Of a stretch of 64,000 nucleotides of DNA, positions 48,701-61,321 are shown in pieces (positions within the stretch are counted from its first letter, which is position 1; every line of letters begins with the position of its first letter). Location of the stretch: NCBI GenBank assembly GCA_010909165.1, contig MU008160.1, positions 992,001 through 1,056,000 of the forward strand. Reading direction: 5' to 3'. The notes under the pieces are model-generated. The model worked only from the letters and a program-made list of their open reading frames with translations. It ran no database searches and was not told the DNA's origin. This DNA is from Anthoceros angustus. Taxonomy: Eukaryota > Plantae > Anthocerotophyta. The position numbers and the translations under genes were made by a program.

Positions 48701-50623
48701 ATCGATCCGAAGGGGGGTCAAAGCATCCGTCCCTTGTCCACACAAATACCCCTTCGACTTGCTTCATGTTTTCGGACACTTTCCGTTTGCCCTTGCCCTT
48801 TTTGCTCAATCCTGCTGCCACATGTTTCTTCTGCTTCGACAAGTCTCAAGCCTCCCACTTCACAAAGATCTTGTTCACGTTATCCCATACCTTTCCTTCT
48901 AGCTTTGCTATGCATAAGATGTGTGTCCTGTTGTCTACCTTGTTTTGTTTGTAAGCATCATCTTCTCGTCCTTCATCATCTTCGATGAGACCTAAAACTT
49001 TACACAGGTTAAAGTTCTAATTCATTGACATATGCACGGCATCACCCTTGGCAATTAGCAGCTCATCTCTAAGGTATCTCACTTGCTCGATAAATGACAT
49101 TTTCCGCCATTTGTTCGACATGGTATTGTGATCAATTGCCAAAATCTTATCTCCTGTATGGTCAGCCCACAATACACATCTGCCTCTAGCCATTTGAAAT
49201 GCTTTTTCACCGATGATATGTCCACCAAATGCTGCATATCCACAAAGGTGTGGTTCCTACCTAACACACCCATAATGTACTTCTTTGTCCTGGCCTTGGC
49301 CTCCTGCAAGCTAGATTGTCCCCATGCCACCGTCCACATGTCAACCTTCCGCAATTACGACCCACTCCTTCGAACTTGCCTTTCTCGTCTCCACAGGACC
49401 TCCTCTGGACCTCCTCTGGTCCCCTTTTATGGTAGAGTTGTCATCGCGTTGGCGTAGTTGGCCTTATTATCCACACTTATCCATTATTTTAGCAGACAAA
49501 TCCTCACAAAAAAAACAGAAACTCCTATAAACTGACTTGAAGGGAGGTCGAAGCATTCGTCCCTTATCCGCAGCTGCCTATGCCTTTTGACTACTCTGTC
49601 CTCGTTATCAACATCATTTACCACGACATTCGCATCTAGGGTACCCACTCCCTGCATGACTACACCACTTGGTAAAACACCTCCCCCTTGATACAAATTT
49701 TGTACGCCATTGTTCTTCTAGCGCCTGTGCACCTGTCGGGGCTTCCCGCTATCCTCGCCTCCCCCCGAACGTTCAATGGTTAAGCCTGTTACCTCTGTGT
49801 CCATGGGCCGCAATTGCCTCCACCTCCAATTCCTCTAAGTCCCTGGATGGTGCATGGCGTGACGGGCTGTTACCCTCATCCCCTAGGCCTGCAAATTCCC
49901 ATTCCCTCCTACTTGCCATTATGATTCTTCGTCTTCCTGCACTTCCACCAGTTGCATGCACGCAAGCCACAGGTACCTATCCAGGTCATGCAGGTGTGGC
50001 CTACAGTGCTCCAACTACACCTAGACCACAACGTAAACACATGAATAGCAGAGATCAAGGACTTGCCTGGGGATCGTTCAATGACAAAGAAAAAGCCCCC
50101 GAGTGGGAGAGAAATGTAGGGGTAGCCGTGTAGATGTAGGAGTAAATTCACCAAAAGAATTTGGCAACAAGGCAAAGATTGCTTCTTCATATTATTTGAG
50201 CATAATACGTTCTAATTTTATTGCTATAAATATTTTGTTTCAACCTACCATAAAAAGTAGCCATCTATATCATATACAAACACCATGTGTTAGGTACCTA
50301 TTCAATAAAATTTTTAACTTATAACATACCTTAGCATTGTTATGTAACGGATTGGCTAGTTGTTGGTTTATCATGATTATGTTGGTGAAACACGAAGATA
50401 TTTGGGCTTTTGACATTTGCGGTCACAATTCTGGCTTCGAATGCCTTCCTCGAAGTTCCAGAGTGGTTGCTCGAGTGCAGCGAATTTGCCACTGTGGAGG
50501 TGCGTGGTGTGAAGGTGTAATGTGCGTGCGGTATGAAGATGTCAGGGTGGTGAACTGCTTGCTCTAAAGTGGCCAGGACGGGACGACGTTCAGGCTGAGG
50601 GTTTGTGACAGTGCTAGAAGAAA

Positions 50624-51665
50624 ATGGGAGGTGCTCATTGTGGTGCGCTGGTGGGAGGAGGGCTGGGAACTGCAACCTCAGCTATGCCTCCCAGGTCAAG
50701 GGTACTGCAGTCACTTGTGAACGTTAGGGGATCGTGGAGAGCTGCTCGGAATCCCCAGACGCTTGCCTGCAGATGCACGTACCGGCAGAGCAGCAGCGAC
50801 GGCAGAAGCCCTCCGCAGGAAGCAGTTCTCAAGGCAATTACAGGTGTGTACGTCTTGTAGGGCGAGCGATGTGCACTTGCTGGTTTGTTTGCTGCGAAGA
50901 TGGTGGTCCGTTTGCACAAAGCAGGGAAGGGGGAAGAGGTAGGGAGTGGAGGTCTCTCTCACCATGGTGTGCAAAACGGATGCATTGCCGTGCAGAGGTG
51001 TCCAAAGCCGAGGGTAGGCTTGCCCAGACCACGAATGTGGTGATGGGCGTCACAGCGTCTGAAGGGTCTGGGAGAGAGGAATGGAGGGTTCTCGATGAGA
51101 AGGTGTGCATGCGAGGTGTTATTTCTTGTGCTGAGGAGGTTAGCTCGAGGGGAATCCGGCAGAATGATGTGATGTCATGTATTGCTTCGCAGGTTAACTC
51201 GTACCCGATGACACGAGGGTTTACAGCAATCGGTGTTGGAGGGGATGATTTTGTTCAGGCTATGGTGCTGGCCGTCGAGTCTGTCCTCCAGAATCCAGTG
51301 CCAGAGGTACCGGCCATTCGGGGTTGATGTATCGTCTTCTAGATTTGTGAGATGATGGAATAGCATGTATTCATTTCGTCCACAAGGAGCGGGTTTGGTC
51401 CTGTGCTGACCCTAGCATGCATGTGCCCAGGAATTTGTAAGTCGAAAGGTATCAGCTAAGGGCAAATATATTTCTGTGAACATCGGACCTGTGCTTGTGG
51501 AATCCAGTGAGCAGGTAAGGTCCGTCTCTTTGGTGCTTGAGATAGGTTCCAGATGTGTGAAGAGACCGGATACTGCAGGGTTCTCCGAATAACATGTTTC
51601 TCGTTCAGGTATGCGAAGTTTATGATGCCATGAAGAGGGATGTGCGGATGAAGTATTTCCTGTAG
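50624..51665 (+). CDS. DUF493 (YbeD/HP0495-like) protein with a predicted plastid transit peptide; exons 50624-50843, 50996-51102, 51193-51306, 51431-51514, 51609-51665
   Basis: PPQEAVLKAIT|EVSKAEGRLAQTTNVV..EWRVLDEK|VNSYPMTRGFTAIGVGGDDFVQAMVLAVESVL..|..SAKGKYISVNIGPV..SEQ|VCEVYDAMKRDVRMKYFL*. Introns are GT-AG. Confidence 0.93.
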
Positions 51666-52602
51666 TCGACCTCGTATCTACGTCCCCACATTCAGTCAGT
51701 CTGAGACCTGCTTCGAGCCCAGACATAGCTTTGATCAAGTAAGCAATCCAGTTCTGAACCCCGAGTCAAGGGCCCTGCTATTTTTCTTGGTGAAGTGTAC
51801 TTGTTGCTCCCCCTGTCTAAGTGAAGGGTTTATGGGTCCCCATGAATTTCACTGATCGGAGTGGTTCGCTGTGCATCAGATTCGTGTGCTACAAGTTCCA
51901 CCCGGCCTAGATCTGGATTTAAAACGTCTGGTGGCCGGAAAATGCTCCCTTTCACTGCGCTGTACATACTTTTCTCCCTTTTGTGTTGGAAAATGCGCTC
52001 GTAGTTTTGGCGCTTGGGCTCTGCTCGGTTCCTTGTCCTCCTTTTAGTCAATAGGAAGTTGCCCGTGATGTTCATTCAATCTCCGCGAGATCCGAGAAGA
52101 TTTTTGTCTCAACTTAAAAACAAGGCCACATGCAGTGTATCTCGTGTTCTCATGAGATCAGCCCTCCCCGAGCTGTTGGCTGGATAAGGGGCAGCAAGAG
52201 GACCAGTGTAACACACAGGTATAACAGTCACCTTCAAAGAAAGTGGCCGCGTGGGACCAGAGGGAGGGTACTATAGTGACATCCTTCAGCAGTTGTGTAA
52301 CAGTCTTCGCCCAAAGGAAAATCTTGAATGAGACCCATGGGACGGGAGGCTTCAGGCTAGGATCTCCAGTAACTTCTCCCAGCCTCAAAGAAAAAGCTTC
52401 GAAGGGAGGCAAGATAGACCGGGAGTTCGCAACCTTCCTGTACCTCCCACCTTCATCGTACTGTACTCTTCTTTTCTCTCTCTCTCCACGGCTCCAAGTT
52501 CTGCATGCTTGTTCGCCCTTACATACTGAAATACCCATACTACATCGACACCAGGTGTCTCCCAGTCCCTTACAGCATCTCACAGCAGCTATGTGGGGAG
52601 CA

Positions 52603-52643
52603 AGTCGAGTCGAGTCGAGTCGAGTCGAGTTGAGTCGAGTCGG
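52603..52643. repeat. (AGTCG)n pentanucleotide microsatellite
   Basis: About 8 copies are visible. Confidence 0.9.
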
Positions 52644-53663
52644 AGTTTCCAAGCATTCTGTCCGTGTACATATCAGAATTCTGGAGATGGCTGGCTTGAG
52701 CTCGCTTTGCAACAATCTGTATGTCGTTACATACCTTGGTGAGGACAAGAACTTTGTGGCAAGGACGAGGATTCAAGGTTCGTATGTCCATGTCGCAAGT
52801 TTAGGTACATGAGTGTGGCGTGTACTGTACTGGCTAATGTACATACATGTCTTGCAACGAGTACGTGCCACACGCTTTCGTGTTGATGTTCCGACATACA
52901 TACTGTACACGGTTGACAAAGTCCAAGGCCTTGGCCGAGCAATATGGATGGAAGATGGAAGTTCAAGGGCGGCAGAGCCAGGCCTTTCCTAATTCAGGTA
53001 CTACCTGCGAGTAGCCTACTGACACACACAAGCACACACACGCCTTACACGCCTACACCTCTGTGTAAAAGGTGTACTTGTGGGGTCTCTCGCTGCTTGC
53101 CCCTAAACCTGGACAGAGGAACCATCAGGCATCAGGTCTCGTGAAAATAATGGTATACACAAGAGACTGGATGACGCAGGCCACCATGAGGCCGACATTG
53201 CTGCAGGGTTCGTGAAGAGAAGAGAAGAAGAGAAGAGTCCAACATGGGAAGCTGTAATGCAATCTTGGAGCTGGCAGCCCTAAGGCTGGAGGTGTTGCTG
53301 CTCGAGCAGCATCCAGTTGCAGCCGCACAAATCATGGCCCAGTACCTGACGCAGAAAGTGCTATGCCGAGCCCTGGACGCTCCTGACCTAGACAAGCTGC
53401 CTCGGATGTGAGCTAGCAAAACTTCCCTTCCTCCAAGCCTTATCCAGCCGGTAGAAGATATCACCTCGTAGCATTCTGAACACCTTCCCTCCTCGGGGAA
53501 GGAAGCAGCAGCAAAGAGTGACCTGCCTGCCTCATGTCGTGCTGTGCATGGCGGTCCGACCTGAATCAAGCGAAATGCTTGACTGCGTGCGGCGGATTAC
53601 TCCAGCCCTCACATCACATGCTCCAATCCGCGGATGCACGAAGAGTACCAAAAAGCACGGCAA

Positions 53664-54638
53664 TCACCGCGGCGAGGCAGGCTGGAAGCCGAGCAATCTT
53701 TTGGCCCTCTGAAGTCGGAATTCCCGGGAATCGTCCAACCTCTCAACCGCAAGCCGCTGCCCCTCCTGCGGCTCTCCGTCCCGCGGCTGCTTCGCGTCCT
53801 GCTGTCGAGGCCGTTCAAAATCGGCCTCCTTGGCAACCAGGGCCACCTGAGCCAGCACCTGCGGCGGCAGGGCCTCCTGCCGCCGCTGCGCTCTCTTGCC
53901 GCGCTTATCAACCGCAAACTGCGCCCAATCCAGGCGCAGCGTGCAGGGCTTGCACATCTCGATTGCATAGGCGCGGGCATACTCCTTGCACACCTTCCGC
54001 CCGCACTCCTCCGCCGTCTTGCCGTACACCAGGCGGTGCAGCGCGTTCATGTGACTGCTCTGCTTCACGTCCATCTTGGTGTAGCTCAACCTGGCCTTGA
54101 AATTCTTGGGATCCGGCGGCTGATCAAACAGCTGGAAGAGCTTCCAATCCGGCATGGCGTCCCGCTGCGCCGATCTGTGCCTCAAGATGTCCACATTCCC
54201 CGAGGGCAATCCCAGCGCAATTGCCATCTCCTTGTTCAGCGGGCCCGCGGGCACGATGGAGGACTCGATCCGCAGCTGCTCGCTGCGCAGATACGGCAGC
54301 ACCTTGCTCTCCAGCAGCATCTCGTGCTGGTAGCTCACACTCGCAGATTGCCCCGCATGCGCCTTCCCCTCCTCCATCTCCCTCTCCCTCCCCCTCCCCC
54401 TCTCCCTTTCCAACTCCGGCACTGCTTCATCTTCATTTTCCGATTCTGATTGCGTCTGCGAAGGCGAGTCGGCCTGAGGCAGAGGCAGCGGCAGAGGCAG
54501 AGGGTGAGGAAGAGGCCGATCTGGAAGCCAGTTCGGCAAGCCGCTGCTCTCCCCCGTTGCCGGTGTCCTTGCCCTCGTCGTTGCCGTTAGCGTTGCCATG
54601 GTTGCGCAGCGAGCCTCGCGCAAGTCGCCCTCCGCCAC
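53664..54638 (-). CDS. Uncharacterised 324-aa ORF: disordered N-terminus, globular core (LHRLVYG..KEYARAYAIE..DWAQFA), charged tail
   Basis: Long GC-rich open frame with protein-like composition, preceded by a promoter/UTR-like pyrimidine-rich region at about 54.7-55.0 kb. Confidence 0.55.
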   Translation of the reverse strand: MAEGDLREARCATMATLTATTRARTPATGESSGLPNWLPDRPLPHPLPLPLPLPQADSPSQTQSESENEDEAVPELERERGRGREREMEEGKAHAGQSASVSYQHEMLLESKVLPYLRSEQLRIESSIVPAGPLNKEMAIALGLPSGNVDILRHRSAQRDAMPDWKLFQLFDQPPDPKNFKARLSYTKMDVKQSSHMNALHRLVYGKTAEECGRKVCKEYARAYAIEMCKPCTLRLDWAQFAVDKRGKRAQRRQEALPPQVLAQVALVAKEADFERPRQQDAKQPRDGEPQEGQRLAVERLDDSREFRLQRAKRLLGFQPASPR

Positions 54639-57600
54639 ATGAACGGGGTGAGCAATCCCTGAGGAGTCGTTGCTTTAGATCCAACGGTCTAACCAGGTCG
54701 CTGAGACCTAGCTGGCTCGCTGTCCCCTGCCTATTTGTTTTATCAACAACCCGACTCCTTTCTTTATGCGTTACCGACCTTGATCACCTTTTGCCATCCC
54801 CACATTTTCACGTGGACTGCTCTTTCACCGCCCTTCTCGCATATCATTTACGTTCTCCACGAATCAAAAGCCCGCTCTTTCCTCTCTCACACAAGATCGC
54901 TCTCTGCCCTCTCTTTCCCATAAGCCATAGGAAAAAGCGCCGTTCCAAAGCGCTTTCTCGCGCGTTGGAACAGCCTCAACGATCGGGTGTCCCTTTATGA
55001 AGTGTCTTGGTCGAGCTGACCTAGAAGAACTCTTCTTCTAGGTCTACCACTTTGAAAGCCACCCACCACTACGTGTGTACTATCTTAGAAAGTCTATCCT
55101 CCTTATACTTATTGAAGTTTAGCTTACTCCATACCCGAGGCCGGGCCTAGGTCTTTTTGTGCAAGGTCCAGCCAATAAATCACAAGACAGCAAGAAAGGA
55201 GATAGATTGAGATAGCTTGGAGCACCTTCTCGTAATAGTAATGTTTCTTCGAGGAAGTAGCCAGTTTGCTTGTGCCTCAAGGACTCTCTCTATAAAACCG
55301 GCCGAGTCTTACACTACGAACAAAAAAAACTGGTAAACCCTCAAAAGAGAATTTAGGCTTTCTTTTAAATTATCGATAATTAAACTGAAAATTAATTTTT
55401 ATTGATTACCAAGGACTGTATGCTATATATGTATGCATGTTGAAACAAGAAAAATTGTAACTTTGACATTCCTTTTTTTCTTACTCTCATGTCCAGGATT
55501 AGTACTCTCTCTTTAAAGACGGTTCTACAAAGTCAGAATACTTATGTATATCATGTGCATCATGGGGTTTTGGAAAATGTGTACCTGTAGGAGCAACTCT
55601 CGGCAACAACATAAGACAATGCAACATTCACCTCCTCAAATGTTACCTACTACCAAGACCAAAAGACCGGCCGTAAAGTGGTCTAAAGTATGGGATTTTT
55701 TAATTTGCGGATGCAAGAAAGAACAAGATAAAAAGATTTGGCTACTCGAAGGTGGAGGTGAAACAGGAGCACGCACTAGGAGCGATACAACAAGGTTGTA
55801 TGCTGGAAGAGCTCAGCTAAAGTTTTCTTACCTAAGCACTATACACCTCTTGTCTTATGGACCTCTTTCAACTATCCAAGAAGAGGGGGACTCACATAAG
55901 GAATACACATTAGAGAAGGCACCATGTTATTATAAGAAAATATGCCTGCAAATGCGTGGGAGCCAAATTTTAACAACTACATATATTCAACGCTCTATGT
56001 AGCTGCTCACAATGGTAATGCGCATAATATTTCATGTACGCATCCTGTACAGTAAGGAAAGAAGAATGGAAATTTTCATACAAGGTGGATGTATCAACCT
56101 CTTCAACTAGAGCTTAATGGCAATTGTGAGAAAGATCACTAACTCACTGAGCATGCATGTCGGACCACTCTTCTCACTTTAAGTGCATCGTTACACTAAG
56201 CATGTTGGCAAGATCATTGACTCACTAAGCATGCATATCCGGCCACTCTTCTCACTTTCACTGTATCAGCACACTAAGCATGTAAGCATATCGACACACT
56301 CTTTCCATGAAGTGTTGGTGCCTACCATGAAGTGTTGGTGCATACCACGAAGTGGTTGATATTTCGATGCATCCTTCTAATCAAGAGAACGATGTCTCTG
56401 GTCATGTAGTTTAAGGTGAGCAACCCATAAGACAGGAATAAAGATAATAATGGCATTTTCATTATACTAGATAGCTAACTGAATTTAATTTTTTTATTTC
56501 TTTTTTTTAAGTTCTTTAATATCGTAGGTAGACATAGTTTGGGGCGCCCTTTAACCAAATAGTTTAATTTTTGGGAATTTTCTTCCAAACATCATGGGTC
56601 CCGCAATGCTGCTCGATTTTTGAAAAGACAAACTTATCGTGCCGATGTGTATGTTCCATACTTTCCTTTATTAGTTGTCTCCTCACAGTGCGGGGTACTA
56701 CAATATGGCTTATTACGCAATGTGAACAGCCCTTCAGCTAGTGTATGTGCACACCCACTCTTGGGGTGTATGTACACGAGTCGAGATAAGACTCGATAAA
56801 CCGGCCAGGAAAGCAATTGTCTACTCCATGCTTTGTGCTTGCTCCTAATAAGGAGCATTTGAGATGTCATGCTCTTGTTATTGTTGTTGTCTTGTTTTAA
56901 TGAATTGTGACCCTTAGTAGATCAATCTCACTCACACCTAGTAGATCAATATGACCGTTCATCTACTGTGAGTGGCCGTTTGTTTATGTTATTGAGATTG
57001 CTACCTTGTGCCTCAGCTTTCTGGTCAGGGGTACGGTTGTGCATGATTTGTCTTGCTATTGATGCTGTGCTGACATTTTGCTACAGAAATTTTGGCCTAA
57101 TCCATGGAATTCAATGTCCAGTTTGCCAGCCCACCGAGCCACAAACTTGTTGTTATCAAGACTCGTCATGTGACATTATTATCTCTTTGAATATATGAGA
57201 AGCATAAAGGTGAGAATATACGATATTTGAATAAGGGGATTGGAGGTGAGAAGCGAGTCGAGTTGTTTTTTGGCTTAAGAAGAGCCTTAGAATAAGAGAG
57301 AGGTTGTAAACTCACCTCCAGATGGACGAAAGATGATAGCCAAGGTGCAAAGGCCTGGATTATCATATGATACTATTGAACAAAGATACCCTTATCTTGA
57401 GACAAGGGGAAAGGAGTTGGAATAATTGAATTTATTGAAGGAAGAATTGGCAACCTTAAAGGAGCAAGTCACAGCGTTGAGCACAGATTCTGCTACTAAG
57501 AATTTGCAATGCTTTTTGATTGCGGGTGATTCGTGCTCCGAAAGGCTATAGGAAAAAGCAGCACAATGCGCTGTTTTCTCGCCTTTTAGCCGTTCTTCTC

Positions 57601-57788
57601 CTTGCTTACTTCCATTGCGCTGAAAATAACAAAGCAACAGAGCAGAGAAAAGGATATAGAAATATATCTCCATTTCTTTGTTCTTCCAGGGGAGATGAGA
57701 AGACAAAACCTAAAAAATCTAATGCGCTGTAGGTTGTAGGAGAAAGTGCTTTGCGTTTTATTTTAAAAACAAATTTTTTTAAAGCATT

Positions 57789-58217
57789 TTGAAGAACACA
57801 TACCTATACAAGGCAATGGACCGTGCTCGCCGTGCTTTGAACTTGAGAATTTCTGGTCTTGGTAATGACATTGTTGCACCACTTGTGGCTACAAAGGAGT
57901 TTCTCAAAAGGCTAGAGGTCGATGTGGTCGTTCCTCGAGCCTTTTGGCTGGGAAAGGATCCTGGTAGGGAACGCATATTGATTATGACTTTTCACTCTAT
58001 GGATGATCGCCTCCAGGTTATGAAGGCTAGGTCTATGCAATGGACAACTCAGTTATATATCAATGAGGATCTTACACCATTGCAATGGAAGACTAAGAAG
58101 GAGAACTTACTCGCTTTCAGAGCAGCTCGTGCTGCAGGTCAAGTAGCTTTGTTTCGTGGGGATGAATTGGTGGTGTTTGGCCCTCGTTCATGCAATTTCA
58201 TTGACACTGTTGATTGA
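57789..58217 (+). mobile_element. LINE ORF1-like (RRM/CTD-type) protein remnant with an upstream coiled-coil relic at about 57400-57500; second decayed copy at about 59790-60190
   Basis: RRALNLRISGL ... ILIMTFHSMDDRLQVMKAR ... LYINEDLTP; upstream LNLLKEELATLKEQVTAL. Confidence 0.6.
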
Positions 58218-58690
58218 TTGAAGATTATTTGTCTTGTTTTAATTTTACCTTTACATTCGTCCAGACAAATTTACCGCAATTTATGTAGTTATCATATTTC
58301 AGTCCCATGACGGAAATCATTCTTAGTGGACTTAAATGAAATTTCTTCTTCTTCTATAGCCATCCCCAAGCATTGCGGAATCCACAATTTGGCGGGCGAA
58401 CCTGGTCATTACTTTTTGAATTCGTGGACGTATTGTAGTGGAATCTATTAATTGCATAAAGTGTTAAACACAAAAAACAAAATTATTTTCTTTTTTCTTA
58501 AATACTAAATATATTTTTAATTGGGAGAAGCAAATTTCAAACCTATCCAGAAAACCTTAATGGGACTTAGCATTCCAACTAAGTGGACTATAATATATTC
58601 TTCTTCTTCTTGCAATGGACTTAAGATTGAAACCAGAATAAATACATTACACACCTTCAAAGATGCATCAATCAATACTAAAACCTTTGT

Positions 58691-59560
58691 TCATTTTCCA
58701 CTCCAAGTCTTGGACCAGTGAGAAGCCCATTTCAGGCCAATGTGGAAAGCTTCTTCGGCTTGTAGAAATATCAGATCCGTGGCTTGTAGAAATATCAGAT
58801 CCGTGGAACTGTGGCAGTCACTGCACATCCGTAGATTCTTTGTCACCAGGAGAGGTGTGCCACTCAGGGTGTTGAAGAGACCATACTCCAGAGCTAGCTT
58901 CTCAGCATGACCGCAAAGCATTAATACCTTGTTTTCTTTAGCAGAAGCCTACCTCTTTGCACAGCTAGTTGAGCTGAAAGATGCCTCCCAGAAAAGATGC
59001 AATCTACCTCAGAGTATACACTCATTTTCCCATTTACTTGTACTGTTAACACTACTGTCACCTGTGATCCCCTGTCACCCTCCATCGTCTGACACTCTCG
59101 TTGTGCTCACAGAGTCCTGTGCATTCATGGCGTAGTGGGAGGCTCCAAGTAAGTTGCCTCTTGTTGCCAGGTTTCCTCCAGCCAAACAAGCACCATTGCA
59201 TGTACTTCAGAGATATGGACAGCGTACTTTAAACGTTTTCAGTTGCATCTTCTTGTTCAGATGGTAAAGGATAGGCCTTCTTGAATAACCGTTTACTCCT
59301 CTGTTGCCTGTTTGTTGTGGTTGTGTAGCTTTGCTCAGATATACAAGGATGTCAGGGCAGCAGTTGATCTGTGTCATCGTGATGGCACTTTGAAGCTGGC
59401 TGTTGCGTCTAATTCTGGCGAGCAAGCAAGTAGATCACCTTAACCTATGTTTGGCAAAGCTTTTTGGCATCTCTGGACTGTCTTGGCATCTCTGGACTGT
59501 CTCTGTCGAAGACATGGTACAACATGTTAGAGGTAGCTTGGTGGGGCCAGTAACTAGATT
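58691..59560 (-). pseudogene. PPR E2 + DYW:KP-type (HAE) deaminase fragment, copy 1
   Basis: GWRKPG..., then LMLCGHAEKLALEYGLFNTLSGTPLLVTKNLRMCSDCHSST. HAE is at 58901-58909 and CSDC at 58814-58825. A 24-bp duplication (58757-58804) is followed by a non-DYW tail. Confidence 0.8.
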
Positions 59561-60674
59561 GAAATTTGTGTGGTGGGTATATCCATGAAGATCTTCATTT
59601 AGTTCCCATGCTGAAAATAACAAAGCAACAGAGCAGAAAAGGATATAGAAATATATCTCCATTTCTTTGTTCTTCCAGGGGAGATGAGAAGACAAAACCT
59701 AAAAAATCTAATGCGCTGTAGGTTGTAGGAGAAAGTGCTTTGCGTTTTATTTTAAAAACAAATTTTTTTAAAGCATTTTGAAGAACACATACCTATACAA
59801 GACGGCGGACCGTGCTCGCCGTGCTTTGAACTTGAGAATTTCTGGTCTTGGTAATGACATTGTTGCACCACTTGTGGCTACAAAGGAGTTTCTCAAAAGG
59901 CTAGAGGTCGATGTGGTCGCTCTCGAGCCTTTTTGGAAAGGATCACGGTAGGGAGCATATTGATTATGACTTTTCACTCTATGGATGATCGCCTCCGTGT
60001 TATGAAGGCTAGGTCTATGCAATGGACAACTCGGTTATATATCAATGAGGATCTTACACCATTGCAATGGAAGACTAAGAAGGAGAACTTACTGGCTTTA
60101 GCACTCGTCGCAGTCAAGTAGCTTTGTTTCGTGGGGATGAATTGGTGGTGTTTGGCCCTCGTTCATGCAATTTCATTGACACTGTTGATTGATTGAAGAT
60201 TATTTGTCTTGTTTTAATTTTACCTTTACATTCGTCCAGACAAATTTACCGCAATTTATGTAGTTATCATATTTCAGTCCCATGACGGAAATCCGTCCTT
60301 AGTGGACTTAAATGAAATTCGTCTTCTTCTTCTATAGCCATCCCCCAAACAGACTGCGCCGGAATCCACAATTTGGCGGGCGAACCTGGTCATTACTTTT
60401 TGAATTCGTGGACGTATTGTAGTGGAATCTATTAATTGCATAAAGTGTTAAACACAAAAAACAAAATTATTTTCTTTTTTCTTAAATACTAAATATATTT
60501 TTAATTGGGAGAAGCAAATTTCAAACCTATCCAGAAAACCTTAATGGGACTTAGCATTCCAACTAAGTGGACTATAATATATTCTTCTTCTTCTTGCAAT
60601 GGACTTAAGATTGAAACCAGAATAAATACATTACACACCTTCAAAGATGCATCAATCAATACTAAAACCTTTGT

Positions 60675-61260
60675 TCATTTTCCACTCCAAGTCTTGGACC
60701 AGTGAGAAGCCCATTTCAGGCCAATGTGGAAAGCTTCTTCGGCTTGTAGAAATATCAGATCCGTGGCTTGTAGAAATATCAGATCCGTGGAACTGTGGCA
60801 GTCACTGCACATCCGTAGATTCTTTGTCACCAGGAGAGGTGTGCCACTCAGGGTGTTGAAGAGACCATACTCCAGAGCTAGCTTCTCAGCATGACCGCAA
60901 AGCATTAATACCTTGTTTTCTTTAGCAGAAGCCTACCTCTTTGCACAGCTAGTTGAGCTGAAAGATGCCTCCCAGAAAAGATGCAATCTACCTCAGAGTA
61001 TACACTCATTTTCCCATTTACTTGTACTGTTAACACTACTGTCACCCGTGATCCCCTGTCACCCTCCATCGTCTGACACTCTCGTTGTGCTCACAGAGTC
61101 CTGTGCATTCATGGCGTTGTGGGAGGTTCCAAGTAAGTTGCCTCTTGTTGCCAGGTTTCCTCCAGCCAAACAAGCACCATTGCATGTACTTCAGAGATAT
61201 GGACAGCGTACTTTAAACGTTTTCAGTTGCATCTTCTTGTTCAGATGGTAAAGGATAGGC
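60675..61260 (-). pseudogene. DYW:KP-type fragment, copy 2 (5'-truncated)
   Basis: Same peptide, ORF 60675-60905. Confidence 0.8.
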
Positions 61261-61321
61261 CTTCTTGAATAAATACATTACACACCTTCAAAGATGCATC
61301 AATCAATACTAAAACCTTTGT

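Noticed and set aside
53634-53760. Harbinger-transposase-like motif EAEQSFGPLKSEF on the plus strand
   Set aside because: The upstream DDE motifs and downstream ACCxLHN are absent, and it lies antisense to the 324-aa ORF. It is probably chance.
55544-56002. 152-aa ORF with faint likeness (IHLLSYG..EEG..HKEY) to the core of the 53664-54638 ORF
   Set aside because: Too few identities to support by eye, and it sits in AT-rich sequence. A profile alignment would be needed.
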